64,000 nucleotides of DNA from Bugula neritina (lineage: Eukaryota; Animalia; Bryozoa), in NCBI GenBank assembly GCA_964035545.1, contig OZ037766.1:16916722-16980721 (forward strand), written 5' to 3'. The notes beneath the pieces were generated by a model. It saw only the letters and a list, made by a program, of their open reading frames with translations, searched no databases and was not told where the DNA came from. The position numbers were made by a program, and so were the translations under genes. This document shows, one piece after another, positions 28,501 to 42,985 of the stretch. Within the stretch, counting starts at the first letter, position 1. The number at the start of each line of letters is the position of its first letter.

Positions 28501-31500
28501 ATTTTACCTCTTTTAAAACTGGTGATAAAATGAGTTTCCTGGAAAACTATTGATAATAGTTTGAAAATTATTTCAATAACACGGAAACATCAAGAAGATA
28601 TTTTATATAGTGAGCAGACAACTTCTGATACTTGTTGGAAAAGTTTTACAAATCTCCTAGGGATAATACTTTATCTGAACCAGTAGAGGTTTTGTTGCAA
28701 AACTCTTCAGCTAAGTTTCTAGCCTAAGCCGAGGCATACAGCCAAGACTGAATACCATCTCTGTTTGTGTACTCCAAATCTGGTTAAGACTTGGCTATTC
28801 CAAAATAACTCATTTTGTTCTGTTGCTCAGTTACAACCATATCCCTCCTGTTTAGGATTTGAAAACTTTTGTTTTGTCTATTTGATTTGGGGGAGCTTTA
28901 GAAAATAATAGAACTGCTATTCTTTGTGTCATATTGATAACCAATTTGCTTTACTTATGCGATACTGGTAGTCTACTTTTTACTTTCATCCTTCAATGTC
29001 TTTAACTGAAAATCAGTGTCAAGGCTAGCATTAAAGGGTACAAACTGAGTCATCTTCTATTTGGTAATGAAGGGAAAACATGTGGTTCTGTTGTGGAATA
29101 CTATGTGCAATTATTGCAAAGCTAGTAAAATGATTTTGAAACTATTTTTAGAAAACATATTAATTATGCAACAAGCTTGATAGGAAGAAACAGGAGACTC
29201 AGAGAGAATATATTAAATAGCTTTCATGTGTGACTTTGGCACTTGAGGCGATAATGAATAATTAGCTGTAATCATATAGCTGACACCCTAACTAGTGTCT
29301 AGCTTGTGATCTACATGTGTCCTTACAAATACTTCACACTTGGCTACCTCAGTCTATTAATCATTTAACAGCAAAAAAATTAATATTTTCAAAATGTGAT
29401 TTGTTGCCAGTTTTACAAGCATGGCTGTGCTTGTTAAAAACCGTGATTGGCAAAATAACAAGAGAGCAAAACTTGGAATGTTGGGTTAACCAATAGTTTA
29501 GCTATTAGAATATTGTAATCTAAATAGGCTAAGTGTACTAACATTGCTGGGCATGAAAAATAATTAGCTCTATTGAGTATTATTAGGGTTTTATTTGAAC
29601 AGAATATGAATCAACTATGCCTAACATGAATTTTGGGCATGACAACTGAAAAGTAGAATGCTCAATCATTTGATCGGTTTTGCAATAGAAAATAACTTAA
29701 TTTCCTTATTCATTGAGTAGCAAAATTATTTTTTTTAGTCTCTATATTTTGATGGAACATCATCAAGTATAGCAATTATAATTTAGAGTAACAACTTAGA
29801 TGACAATTTAAATAGCATCAGCCAGATATTATTTCTTTGAGTGCATAATAGGAATCAATAGTAATTAATAATAATCATATTAATATTGTTAGCAACAGAG
29901 AGTCATAGTGATATTGGTACTGATCCTGCACTATGAGTATCTGCTGCAACAAAACTACAACAAGTTACCAACAACCTGATTATTTTTTCACAACTCTCTA
30001 AACCAAGGAAATTACGATAATAAACTTAAAAACAGAAGCTAAAATCAAAATGAAATGTAAATAAACAAAAAATGAAATACCTTTTAGAATTCTGAATATA
30101 GTTTCATTTGCTATCTTTATAATATCTAATCCATGCTGTAAATGTCACTCACTGAAAATGTAATTGAAGACTGCAAACCCGAGTATTCCAATGCATCATG
30201 ACTCTTAGGACCAATGAGCAAGCTGCTTACACAACTGAGCAGCTAATCGTGATCAGTCTTCAAAATTTCTGATTAGCATGAAACAAGAATGAATGACAAC
30301 ATAGGGTAACAATGACAAGTATTGTATTGTTGTATAAATATTGATTACATATTCAAATGATTGTTGCACTGGTCATAATTAGCAATGCTAATCATTGTTA
30401 TTAATATGTATGCCAAAATGTGTGGTATGTGCACCATGGAAATCATAACTAAAAGACAGAAAAATTTTGTTCTGGAATATTCTTTTTACAATTAATAGTT
30501 GGTAGTTCGATATTACTTTGCAAAACTGAATACAGCTCTGTCTTCTTAAAACTAGTGTTAGGCCTACTCATTTGGGTTATCATGGGTTAATCCTACTTCA
30601 AATCCTCATAATTTTAGAAAAAACTTGACTTTATTTCCTATTTAGTTGCTTGCTGGATTAACTAGGGCCTACTTCTAACTTCTAACAAACTGATTAGAAC
30701 TACATGACTCACATCTACTAAGTCACATGACTCACGTCCACTAAGTCACATGACTCATGTCTCCCTTCTCATATCAGAACTTTTCCTACTCCACATCTAC
30801 TTGAGCATACATAAAATAACATTAAATTGCTCAATGTACAGAAACTTTTTATTGCATCGACAGATTTCTGTACGAAAATAAGTTATTAAACTAATTTTCA
30901 AGTCTTATACAAATACAAGTCTCAGGATCACAGTATGAGTATTAGTAAACGCTGCTTTATGTTTTTTCTTTCTCTAGTGCACATCCAACCTACCATGGGT
31001 GCAATTACTCAAATACTAATTTTATTTTTGACAAGTTGCCCAAATTTAAGTTTTATATTCAGCATACTATGTGCAGGTAGTATTCGTCTGGTATATATAA
31101 TGCTATTTAGACACTTCCGATAGTTTAAACTATCAATTATTTACAATAAATTTAAATTGTTTAAACTTCTCTGTAGTTATACATGGTTCCCAATTAAATA
31201 TATGTTTTCCTGGAGGAGATATCTGGTACTGAGGCCTTTAGAAGTTTGAATTTACTGAACACACATCTGTTGGAAAATCAGACAAGTTTCAACTTTTCTT
31301 TAACAATTTTATCCTTCTGAACTAGCTACCAGCATGTAATATGACTTTCTATAGGAATCTCTCCCCCATATAACTTACAATTAATTGGAAAACAGCCATA
31401 AATTACCCAATTGAGTCTAAAATTATTCCAAGTTTTGCTAAACTGCAATGTAAACTTTAATTCCAACTGGTATGCACGCTGGCTAGAACTTAGAACACTC

Positions 31501-34500
31501 TGAAGGAACTGACGTCTATCTACCCACCTTATCTTCACTGTCAACCACCCTAAAACTTTCTCTATATTCTAATGAAAGGCTGATATTTGAGACTCAACTA
31601 TGCCAACACTTCAACCTTCTACCAGCTCTCAAAGCCATATAAAAACCCCTCATTATCCTTTACAATAACCAGACCGACAGTATTATGGTAATATAACACC
31701 ATGTTTTGTCTTCTACAGAGCATGAAGTGAAGAACACAAATTCAATCTCTTATCTACCCCATCAAATAGTCCAATTAAACTCAAGACAGCTAAAAGAGAA
31801 AGTGAGATGATATTTCAATGTTATAGTACAAGTTTTTATGTGCAAGGCTGTGGAGACTGCTATAGCCTATTTTCCAATAGCACCAAAATGTGATTGGTAA
31901 AGCTGACTGTAATGAATTATTATTAATCTACCTTGAGCAGCAGCCATGATGTAGACAAGAGCAAGCAAGTAAATTGCCACACAAACTGCTGTAAATATAG
32001 GGAATTGATTGAAATTAATTTAATGATTCTGTTCTTTTCATCAATTGAGATGTCTAAATAGGCAATTACTTCAGAAACAATAATTGTGCAACTGGCAACT
32101 TTCAGCTCAGTCAGGTGCAAGTGATACTAGCTTATTAGCCACTTGATAAATTTTCTAGTTTTATTTAGTCCAACAACTCGGCAACTTGATTTTATTTTCA
32201 CTTAAATTTCCATCAAATATAAAAATGTTCCATATACTAGGGTGCCTAATGTATTAGAATCAGGTTTAGCATTTTGTATCATGTTAAGTAGTTTGAAACA
32301 TTAGCTACTTGTATATAACATGCTGTGAATGTTAGTAACTGACCAACAAGCAGTTTAAAGGCTCCAGCAGCCCATATTTTATGGAAGGGCCACTGCAGGT
32401 GTTATCAGAACATCATACTAAATCATTTATGGTGGGAAGCCTCTCTATTGTCTATACAAGCATTTGTAAGCTGAAACATCTGCTAAACTAGTAATAAAAT
32501 ATTCAGAAAACATTAAATAGCTTTGTCCGTAGAATACCAAGTTTAGTGCCAATGTTAGACTGCCCTTACCACTGATAAGATCTGAAACTATCACAGTTAA
32601 AAGGAAAAATAATACAAAAAGAGGTAGTAAAATGAGGACAGCAGAGTTTGGTTTGTGGTCAAAAAGTTCATGTGGCCCTACGCAGCCTTGTTTGTCTTTT
32701 ACATAGCATAAAAGAGTTGAGCAGGTTGTGAAATAATAGCCTAGTGATTGCTTATGAATCTCCATCACCACTCACCAGCTTTCCTTTGTTTACTCTCCAG
32801 ATTATCCCCCTGGAGGTAAAAAAAGTTGACTTCTATTGGCTGGAGCCAAAAGCATCAACTAGAATCAAAGTAACCTTTTTAGTGCAAAGATGTAGATTTC
32901 AATTAACTTGGGTTCATACCATTAGAGTTTGTATTCTGGCAGATTGGTTATTCACACTTTTATTGTCACTATACGGCTAAGAGAAAACAACTACTTGGTT
33001 GGCTGCTGAAGAATATTGATAATAAAACTGACTATAGATTTTGTGGATAAATCTTCAACAACTCCTTTTAATGAACAAACTGAATGAACCCATGAGAAAG
33101 TTTATAATGCTGTATTTGTGAAGAGGAAACATATTTGTAAAAGTAACTCAGCTGCCAGTGACTGAAACTGACAAATTTACTTGAGGAGTTGTATTCTATT
33201 TTATTAAATTGAAAATAATTGTACGTTCTTTAGATTTCCCCAATAATAATTAACTTAATTCAACAAGATTGAAACCACAAATGTTGACTTGAAAAAACAA
33301 ACTACTGTGGCTTCTAAATATCAGGCCAAGTGTAGTTCTCTGCTCTTAGCATTTTTAACATAGCTTAGTGTTGTACTTTGGGAATATTATGATGGAAAAA
33401 TGCACTGGGGCTTAGCATGTTTAATAAAAACACCATGTAGACTTGGCTAGCAGCAATCTCCGAGAGCCACGGTGTGCCTGTTATAAAGCATGATAAATGT
33501 CAAAGTTTTACCTAGGGATATTTAACCACTTTCAGTTGAGGCTATGATTATAAAAGATGGTAAGCCTATACACAGCCTTCTGCTTAAATATTATTGCAAT
33601 TTTAGCTTTACATAAATTTACAAGACTTCATTTTTTCTTTTAGTTAAATTTTGCTAAGGTAAAGGCAGCACAGTTTATATTTGCAAGTTGCAATAATCCA
33701 AGAGTTTCACATAACAAGTTAAAGTATCATTTTTGCAAACAAAAGTCGTCACATTTTATTGCTTTTTTATTCCATTTAAAGTATACATTTATAGTGAATC
33801 ACAAAAGAAACAGTACTAGTGATGTTTGTGATATTGAAGTAAAAAATGTGCAAGAAACAAACTAACACTTCCAATACTATTGATTGTTTGCTTTACTAAA
33901 AGCTTTTATCTCACAACATTAGAATAGCAGCTAAAATGGAATTTTAAAAGTTTTATTATTGCGGGTTCCCAGCTGTCTTCAGGACTCTCCAATCATAATT
34001 TGAGAGATTACAATTGCATTATTTCAAAAAAGAAATGCATGCTGATCTATACGTATTCCACATTCCATGAATTACTTTCACAATTTCACTAAAAATATTA
34101 TTTTGCTTTGAAAAAACTTACAACACAACAAGTATATAAGAACTTTTTGATGAAGGTTTTGAAGGTTCCTTTGTATGTTGAAAATCAATGTCTATATTGG
34201 CAGTACTTGATAATCAAATGCTTTATACTGTAAGAACTTAGGGATTTCCATCATATTATTGAGACCATCAAGTTATAGATGACTACAATCACAGCGCACT
34301 AGTTGCAGAGTTATCTTTCCTATGTTGCATATAATGTAATTTATTTTTATGGCAAAATTACTTTAGCAAGAAAATACCTTTTTTGTATAACCAATTTAAT
34401 ACCTTTACTACAGTGAATAGTGGTTTATTGTGGATGTATATTCTTATGTTAAATAACTAAGATCAAACAAATATGTCATGTTTTACTTATAATATATAGT

Positions 34501-37500
34501 TGTTTACAAAAATATTAAATTATATAGAGCAGCATTTATTATAATTATTACCACATAAATAAGTTATTATTTGATTTTCATATAAATAAGAAAACTTTAA
34601 CAGCTAGAAAATGTTTCAGCTGCAAAACTGTTGATTAACTAATGCAAAGGCAGAGCCACAACCAGGCAAACACTAAAATGTACTTAAATTTGTTCAGTTT
34701 TATTATCAAAAATTGACAAATTAAAACCAACTTGGAAACAGGTATTGGGCGGTAATAAATTTGCAACAGTTGAACAATTTAGGAGCATATTGGAACTTCA
34801 AGGTTTTAGAAAGTTATCGGATATAAAAAAGGCAAATAATTGACAAATTTACTATTCCAGTTGACTTTCTCTAACTCTAAAATTAGTACTTTTCAGCTAT
34901 AGCAGCTGAGAACCTGCTAACCTTATCAGAAAACCAGGTTTATAATTGCTTCCAACATTAGAGTTGGTGCCTATAGGCGTGGTCTATAGCTAAAGTTGAT
35001 GCATGCTCCCTGGATGAATTTCCAACTTTGAAAGTCAAAGTCCAAGTTGCTACAGCACAGCTTAAAAAACTTTTTTAAGGTTATGTACTATAATTTGAGA
35101 AGTTATTTCTTTTTAAATAGTAAAAAGAGTTTTTCAACTGGTCAGTTCACAAAAAATGATTAACTGTCTCCTGACAATATTCCTCAATATAGACTGACTG
35201 TTAAAGAACTTTATCTCAAAAGAATTTCTGAAAGGATTTCCACACAAGTTTTTATATATCTCTGTTCTATATTTTGAAAAATCATAGCAATATTTTATAG
35301 AAAAAAAAGAAATAGAGTACTTAGAATCTGCAGTAACAACTTTAAATACTTTTAAATTATCAAAACATATTCTTGCAACTTGTCACTAAAGGCTTTCTTT
35401 ATAGAATGAACAATTCATTAGATTCTTAATTATAGAGCTTGGCCAAATATCAAAGACAGCACAAAGAGAGCAATGAGTATGCTTGGGAAGGTAGTTTAAC
35501 ATGATACAACTCTTAAACTAAGTTATTGGAATTGTTTCAAATGCTATTTGTGGGTACATAGCAAAAAGGTTTTTTAACATAGAATGATCAAAAGAGTTTG
35601 ACAATGTGATGTCGGAGTTTTTTCCCCTTGCTTCACTCTTATTGAAGAGAGGATAATATATTGAAAAAATAAAAATTGTGTAAAGTATTCAATAAAGTTT
35701 ATTATGAAAAGTGAACAAAAGGCTCATTAAGCTCTACCAGCACATATAAGCTCACAACTTTTTTATAACTGTTTAATGCTGGTAAAGGTGGGTTGATAGA
35801 GCAGTATCAGTATATATGAATATAGAAATTTGTAATGAAGTTTTATACTTCATCTTATTTTGACTAAAATAAGTTTTTGTCATAAAAATACCATAAAACA
35901 AATAACTGAAAGCCAAGACAAGAATAATAGCAAAAACTGCAGCATCACAAGATAGATGAAGCTTTCCTTGAATTAGAAAATGAGCCATTAATAGTTGATT
36001 GTATTTCTCTTCATTTGTAACCACAGATATTTAATTGCAATAAAATTGTTTGATGTTATTGGCATTGAAATGGTGATGAGAAAACAGTTCAATTGCTTCT
36101 ATTTAACCATAATGAAGATAACAAAGCAGAAATCATAGGACAGTAGTAGCTACTAAGTTCTCATTGCATGGTTTAGTAGTATTGTATATTGCTGGAAGTA
36201 GTAATAGTGGAGCACTAGGCAGACCTCAATTAGGTAAAAGAGCAGAATGGAAGTGAGACAGAGAATTGTAATGAAAAGGAAAGCAATAAATATAAAGTTA
36301 CAGCTTTTCCCAAAATACAGTTATTCTTGTTTCGCAACACTTAAAATAGACAGTAGCATTTTTCACAAGAGTGAATAAACTGCGATTGGCACCGGATCAG
36401 AAAAAGTAAAGGTGATAAACGATGCATATTGCAAAGAGCTTGAATTAAGAATATTTAGTTTGAAAACTCTAACTATGCAAATGCACCATCAACTTCATAT
36501 GAGTATAGACTGGCTATTCATTATTGAACAGTTGAATTAGTCATAATGTTGTTATCCACCATTTTTATGAAGCCAATCAAATAGCAATTAATAGCTAAAA
36601 ATAGCTCTGCTTACCAAGTGGGATAAATTCTTGGAAAGTTATGAACAGGCTTTGGAATAGTCAACAACCGAATAACTGATATTGTATAATAATAAGCAGT
36701 AGATTAGGTAGTAAGCTGTAGGAATGTACTTATAATGCACATTATGTTGTCTGATTAAGGTTAAAAGGAAACAGTATTATGTAAATTTAATATGGAATAT
36801 AACTAAATTTTAAATAATATACTGTAATAAACTCAGTATATTGTGCTAAGTTAAACAGCACACAATGCATATTGCTAGCAAGAGAACATTACTCCATATA
36901 TTGTGAGATAGGGCTCCTCAAATGCTTATTAACAACGCTGTTCACCCTTAAAAATACTAAAAAAATATTTGCCTAATACTGCAGCTTATATGCATAGAAA
37001 AGATTAATTATTGACAATCTTATACAAGGAATTTATTGGTCACGTTTGCAAGAAGCAGTATTGCTTAAAATTTTCTTTCTTCGGTCTGATGGTGTTAAGG
37101 CAAATTGTTTGTTTTTGTATTAAATAACTGTTGGCTATGGCAAAGAAAATATTTATTATTTTCTTATAAAAGTCGTAGTCTGTTTCGGTTGTTTAACCTA
37201 TTACTAGTATAGTAACCAGCTGCTGGATTTTACACATTTTAAGCATGAATACTGATCAATAACTGCTGTCAGGATTTAATGTTGTCTTGTAATGACAGTC
37301 AGTTTTAGAGAGCAACTTGGTCTAGAGTCTAGACTCTAGTTAGACTGCTGGCATGAAACAGGCCACCTTATCAATCAATATTCTAGCATGGCCATGGGTA
37401 AGACCAGGAAAAGCTTCTAGCCATGAACTGCTCTTATATGCCACATCAAAGTCAACAAACCAACTACCAATGGCATAGTGCTTCCTTACCAAAGGGCTTT

Positions 37501-38614
37501 GGACTGCAACCAAGTGAGTGACAGCCAACGACTGGTGGCAATAACCGGAATTGAGAGCAGCCTACATGTTGCCATGAATTAGAATTTTTAGAAATATTTA
37601 GGTAGTTGTAATCAACATAGGAGGAAAAGGATGAATGAACTTTACAGTTTATTTACTTGAAACACCCTTTTAGTCACCCAAATTAGACTACTTTCAGTCT
37701 AGACTCTAGAATGTACCAAGAAATGCAAAGAGAAACTACTCTTAATTAGGCACTAGAAGGCCTGACTATGATACTATAACATAATATGTCTATGTATAAC
37801 ATAATATGCCCATAGTAGTGAATGATAGGTTTAATACAATTACAGGCAACTGTCTCAATGCCGGATTGTAATTAGATGTGGCAGATACTATCTGTAGCAG
37901 GAACTAACATGGAAATGAATAGACAACAATATATAATGGTGCTATAATTGTAATGATAAAACAATAACAAATAAATTCATTAAGAAGATGTCTCATCTAT
38001 AAGTTAAATCTTACATATTTAAAATATTACAGCCTTCTCAACATGGAATACTAGCACCAAAGACTTCAGTTACTACCCTCTTTGTTCATATTGCACAGAT
38101 TCACTTAAAATTATTAAAAATCGGTTTTAATGAAGCAAAACTTTCCTTTTAAAACATTGTTGAAAGCAGATAAGTTAGAGTGTAGCTGTTTAAGTTGTAA
38201 AATCTGCAATTCTCTGCTATGCACGCAATATGTAACAAAGCTGGTGTTTAGTGTAGTATATCGTATATGTAACATGTCTGAGTAAAATTGAGGACTTTTT
38301 TCTCATTTATACTACAAAATCTGAAAGGTGAATTTTACTTGACATGTTGTGAGCCCTAATAGGAAATCCAACTTGTTGAACAAACTTAGAGTTGCGCAGT
38401 ATTCTGAAAAGATCAATTTCTACATACTCTCACAATCTTGCAAGATTTCATATATAGACATTACATAATTATGTTGTGGCTAATTAACTGAAATGGTTTT
38501 TATGAAATGCCTACCTGGTTGAGGGGAGATTGTGCGCTTCGGTGCTTCTGCACCAGGCAGCGTTGATTTTTTACTGGTTCCACCAAAGGAAACGGCTCTT
38601 CTTACCCTCCTCAT
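10581..38614 (-). CDS. Leucine zipper putative tumor suppressor (LZTS/Fez1) family coiled-coil protein, ~584 aa
   Basis: Exons 38614-38515 (MRRVRRAVSFGG...SPQP, phase 1), 20155-19629 (GYYPTK...PPKLMPLSGFLSQ, phase 0) and 11708-10581. The spliced junction reads PPKLMPLSGFLSQ|NAGRAVVRPIAFKPVV, the LZTS signature (PPKL.P.S...RP.AFKPV). C-terminal Fez1-type coiled coil WEQEKKKVLQYQKQLQSNYIQMCRRNSELE. Ends ESLC, a possible PDZ ligand. The first exon is less certain than the last two. Confidence 0.85.
17535..17768 (-). CDS. Candidate alternative first coding exon of the LZTS-like gene (78 codons)
   Basis: ATG at 17768, open to TTG|gtaaga, a phase-0 donor at 17534 that is compatible with the phase-0 acceptor at 11708. 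Locally higher GC than the surrounding intron. Confidence 0.5.
22779..22945. mobile_element. MITE-like element (167 bp) with CACTG-ended terminal inverted repeats and 3 bp TSD
   Basis: Left end cactgcgtttccattatcgcattatgcgaatg; right end reverse complement cactgcgtttccatgactgcgcataatgcgaatg. atg flanks both sides (22776-22778, 22946-22948). Confidence 0.7.
23972..24508. repeat. Compound (GT)n micro/minisatellite with graded unit length
   Basis: Units tgtgcgtgtgtgt (13 bp), then 15 bp, then 17 bp, then C-free interrupted (GT)n. Confidence 0.97.
30702..30761. promoter_or_regulatory. 23 bp tandem repeat (~2.6 copies) carrying three TGACTCA (AP-1) and two GTCACATGAC (E-box) motifs
   Basis: acatgactcacatctactaagtc acatgactcacgtccactaagtc acatgactcatgtc, in LZTS intron 1. 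The repeat is certain; the regulatory role is inferred. Confidence 0.45.
37321..37710. mobile_element. Candidate non-autonomous DNA element (~390 bp) with 15 bp terminal inverted repeats
   Basis: tctagagtctagact at 37321-37335 and its exact reverse complement agtctagactctaga at 37696-37710. Interior is GC-richer than the flanks. Confidence 0.5.
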
Positions 38615-41600
38615 GGTAGGAAATGTTGACAAGTTATTTCTGAAAAGAACAAACAGTGACTTACAGTATGTAGTTTTATATATTCAATCTCAGAGATCAA
38701 TGTGGTGTATATAAATTATCATTATCTCTATAAATATTACAAGTCTGGTCAACAATAATTACAGCTCTTAGGGCTGTTACTGACTAAAATTACAAAGATT
38801 GACTAACGGATTGTCATCAATCGCACTATGAGAGATATGGAATTTAAAAGTAGGTCTTCCTAGTCGCCCCCTCACCAGCTCAGAAAAGCCTGGGTTCTAG
38901 CTAACCAACTAGTAACTTACCGAAGCAGTAGCTAAAACACACTTCAAGTCAGAAACTACACAATGAAACTGAGATAGGACAAAATATGCATCATTGCAGA
39001 TTGCTTGGTTTAGACTTTAGAGATTTGAGTTTTGAAATGCTATCGTTTATGCTGCCTTTATTTGCTAAGCATAAACGTTACAGAATTTAAGCAATTTCAT
39101 GGTGACGCACCTCTAGATGAGACTGTACACCTTCCAGTGTTTATTTAGTATCAGTTGACAACATAAGTCACCTTCTAACCATACAATCCCACTCAGTAGT
39201 TAGAAAGTTGATAATTTTATGAGTAGTAACATTGGCTAAAACTTTTAAGAAGATTGGAGGTTTAGAGAATGCTCAATATATGTGTATTTGAAAATATGCC
39301 TATATACCAATACCAATAAAAATACACATTTTTACGATTAATAATCTGTACTTTTATCAAATAAAATCAGAAAGCTCCACATCTTTTCAAAAAACATCAC
39401 TAGACAATAATTATGTATATCTTTATAGAAGGTTTAAATATCTGAATATAATTTTTCACAAGATTAAATTTTTAACAATGAAAGGGTCAGGTACACTGAC
39501 AAACTAAGAAACAAAAAGGACTTGCCTAGTGCTACCGGACGACAGGTGAAGGCTCTCCCAGCTGCACCTCAGCAATGATTACACTAAATTCTTTGGCAGA
39601 TAACCACAACCATTTATTCTGTGTAATGCTTAGGTAATGCTGGGAATATTTGAGCTTATGCATGTGGTAATTATTGAGAAAGAGCTTTAATGTAAGAGGC
39701 TTGGGCATAAATGTGACAATAGCAGGCATGCTTTGTAGACACCTGTGAATGCTAGATCTCAAACACTTATTTTATATTTTCAAATTGATCTAATGTGTAA
39801 TTAAGTTAGTGACTAGATACAGAATTTATTTAACCTAATCAAATTCAACAAGCATCCTACTCAAGTAGGACATATTAAAGCTTTTACCTCTTGGTGTGCA
39901 CCAGTGGGTAATCCTTGGCATAATAAGAGCCAATTGTCATCTTTGTTTTAAATTTTGAACTTACTAAGTGGTGCGAAATATCATTTACAAAGTAGTATAG
40001 TACACAATACTGACTGTTAACTGTTGAAAGTTACATATTTTGCATGAAAACTTGTTACAATCAAAGAAACTTAAAATTCCGATCGCTGGCTCTTACTTGC
40101 ATTGATTTCTAGTGATGCTCTGTGAGATAATAGAGGGTTTTATAAGTAGCTCTCATTGTCAAGCCAATCGTACAAATTACATATTACTAGCAGGTAAATT
40201 TCCAAACTAGAACTAAATAGTAGGCCTAATTACGCAGCAGCAACCAGAGGGGGATTGATACACTACTGCATGAGCCAAGCATTGTTTAGAAGTGTATATA
40301 GTAAGACTGGGTTAGCTTACTTTTAGACACAGTATAATGTTTCTACACAAACAACATTTATAAAATAATTTAATATGCTATTCTGCAGTTGACTATAACT
40401 ATAATTATCTTTGTTTATTTGATTAATATAAGTAATAAAGAGTCTCGGACCAAGTTTCATGAACAGAATATTAGTGAAGAGTACCTATTTAGAAAAATAT
40501 TGAGTGAAGGCAAGGTGAAGATAACAATATACAAAGATACAAAATATAGCAAATATATCACTTAAAGTAACAAAAAACACAAGAGCTTTTTCTCATGAAT
40601 GAAATCTTCCATGGCAGATCCTCAAAACCAAGCTTTGAAATTATTTTACTTTTTAAATCTAATTTTAATCGGGTAGAACTATACTAAGTAAACTAGGGAG
40701 CTGCTATTTTCACAAACTTCCCACTTGGGCTGAAGAAAAACTTTGAACTAATATGAAGTAGTGTAGTTATATATCTAGCAGGCCAAGCTTATATTATTTA
40801 ACTATTCAGTATATTCATTAAATCTAATGACATTTCAAGATAATACTAATTTATAATACAAATGAGAAAGATGCTCTAGATATTTATGCAGTCCTATTAT
40901 ATAACATTTGTATGTGCCCCTACCAACTACACTAATTTCCATTATGCAACTCATCACAGAAATACCTGTGATTAGCCAGCGAAATATGTCGTGATCATGG
41001 AAACCATATTGTCATTGTCACTGTAAGTATTAGTATATTATACACAAGACAGAACTGGAAAGCTTCTCTTAGCCTCAAAGATTCTTAAGTACCTCAGTCT
41101 AGCATCATAGTATCTAATTCCTGTGTGTCGGTGCAAATGTAGTCTTTTCTATTAAAAAACTTAAACTGTGCACTAGATACTGTTTGAGAGCTGACCACCA
41201 GTTTACATTAACAAATAATGTGGATGATAATCTAAACATATATAAAATATTTTTAGCCGTAAATGCCTGACTTTAGAAATCTGAATTACATGTAATTGTT
41301 GGTCACTCATTCGAATACTATAGAATATTATAGTATATATATATAGGCATAACATATCAATATACTAAAGTCATTCCAGCGTGCATTGTGGTTATCAATA
41401 ATTATAAATCTATTCCAGAGTTTTCCAAAGGAAGTCATGCAAAGGTCAAGTAATTTCTGATTCTATGAAGTTACCCCCAAAGAAACAGTAAGAATAGGAA
41501 TATAATCAACAAGTTAAACAAGTAAACTTCTACTAGCCTTTTTTTGCAATTCATCATTTAACCAATGAATGCTCAAATAATAGCAAATGTTAGATGATTT

Positions 41601-42929
41601 AAGATGACCGCTAGAGTTGGTCCAAATGGTAGGAAATAAAAACAAAACCTTTTCTCACCTAGTTCGCCTAGTACGGAGTGGACCGGTATGGGTGGAGCTC
41701 TTGTATAGATACTCTTATGAAACCCTTTACCTGATATGTTGTTTTTCTATTATAAATTTTCTTAAAAGAATTTTCCTTTTAAATTTTTTCAAGTGATGCC
41801 ATTTTTATTTTATCTAATAATTATTAACTTTTATGATATAATGTAAAACTTACTGTGTCTATCTATATACCTACAGTTGAAATTGTTGAAATATTGCCAT
41901 TATTATTATAGCATACCTTGACTGGATCACTGGAACCATACAAGTGTCCGACTGGAAGCACTTGTTGAAGAGGAAAAGCCAAATGAACAGACTGAGAGTT
42001 GAGATCTCTACCTGAAAAATATCAATATGTTCTAACTGCCCTAACCAATAGGATATAAGCAGTTTAATAGTCAATAAACTTTCAAAGCTCACTTCAAAAA
42101 TATATACCTATTATACTGAATGACTACAGCTGTTTGCTCACCTACTTACTTGTTTTAGTAACACTTGATAATATCTGGTAACATTAGTTCTACTCAGTAG
42201 TTACTTATTGATTGCACAGAAGATATTTGAACTCAGCAACCCTATAATTGGTGGAAAATCAACGACAGTATGCTAAGTTGGCCTGCAGTCTGATTACTCA
42301 ATAGCCTGTGAAGTTTTATTCTTTGGAAGGTAGTAATAATGCCCCGATAAACTTTATCATCATAAACAAACATATACTTCTACTCTTTCCACTCCACCAA
42401 ACGGAACCAAGTAATCTTGTATTAATTAAATAACAACACTGGTAATAATGTGATTGATGACTAATCTGTATAATAACTATTGCTTATACGGAGTTACTCC
42501 CCCTACAGCATTGCAGCCATCAGCTGACCATGCTTTAACTTCTGTCATACCTTCCATACTCAGGGCTAAACTATATCAGCCAACTGTTCATTAAGACTTG
42601 CATTTTACACTCAACAAGATAATAATTATTACCTATGTTAAAACCCATGTCTAGTTATAATTGAGCTAATTTAGTTTGACAGAACATTTAAAGTCACCAG
42701 GGAATTTACATTTACCAAATACAATGTGTGGTAAACATACAACTATTGCCATGAGTAGTTTGAAAATTTTTGCTATAAGTTACAGAATCATATCACAAGT
42801 ATTCCAGCAATATTCAATTTATTTACTGCAATGATAGGCTTACCATGAAGAGAAAGGAAAATAGTGTGAGTGGACAACTTCTTTGGAGTATTTTAATATG
42901 AAAAAAACATTGTGCATATATATACATTC

Positions 42930-42985
42930 AAACACACACGCACGCACGCGCGCCACACACACGCGCGCCACACACACACACATAC
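42930..42985. repeat. Short (CA)/(CG) microsatellite
   Basis: aacacacacgcacgcacgcgcgccacacacacgcgcgccacacacacacacatacat. Confidence 0.85.

Noticed and set aside
41659-41730. 72 nt phase-1/phase-1 coding exon of the LZTS-like gene (GKGFHKSIYTRAPPIPVHSVLGEL)
   Set aside because: The acceptor lacks a pyrimidine tract, there is no upstream ATG exon, and it would be out of frame with the 38639 exon. At most a UTR exon candidate.
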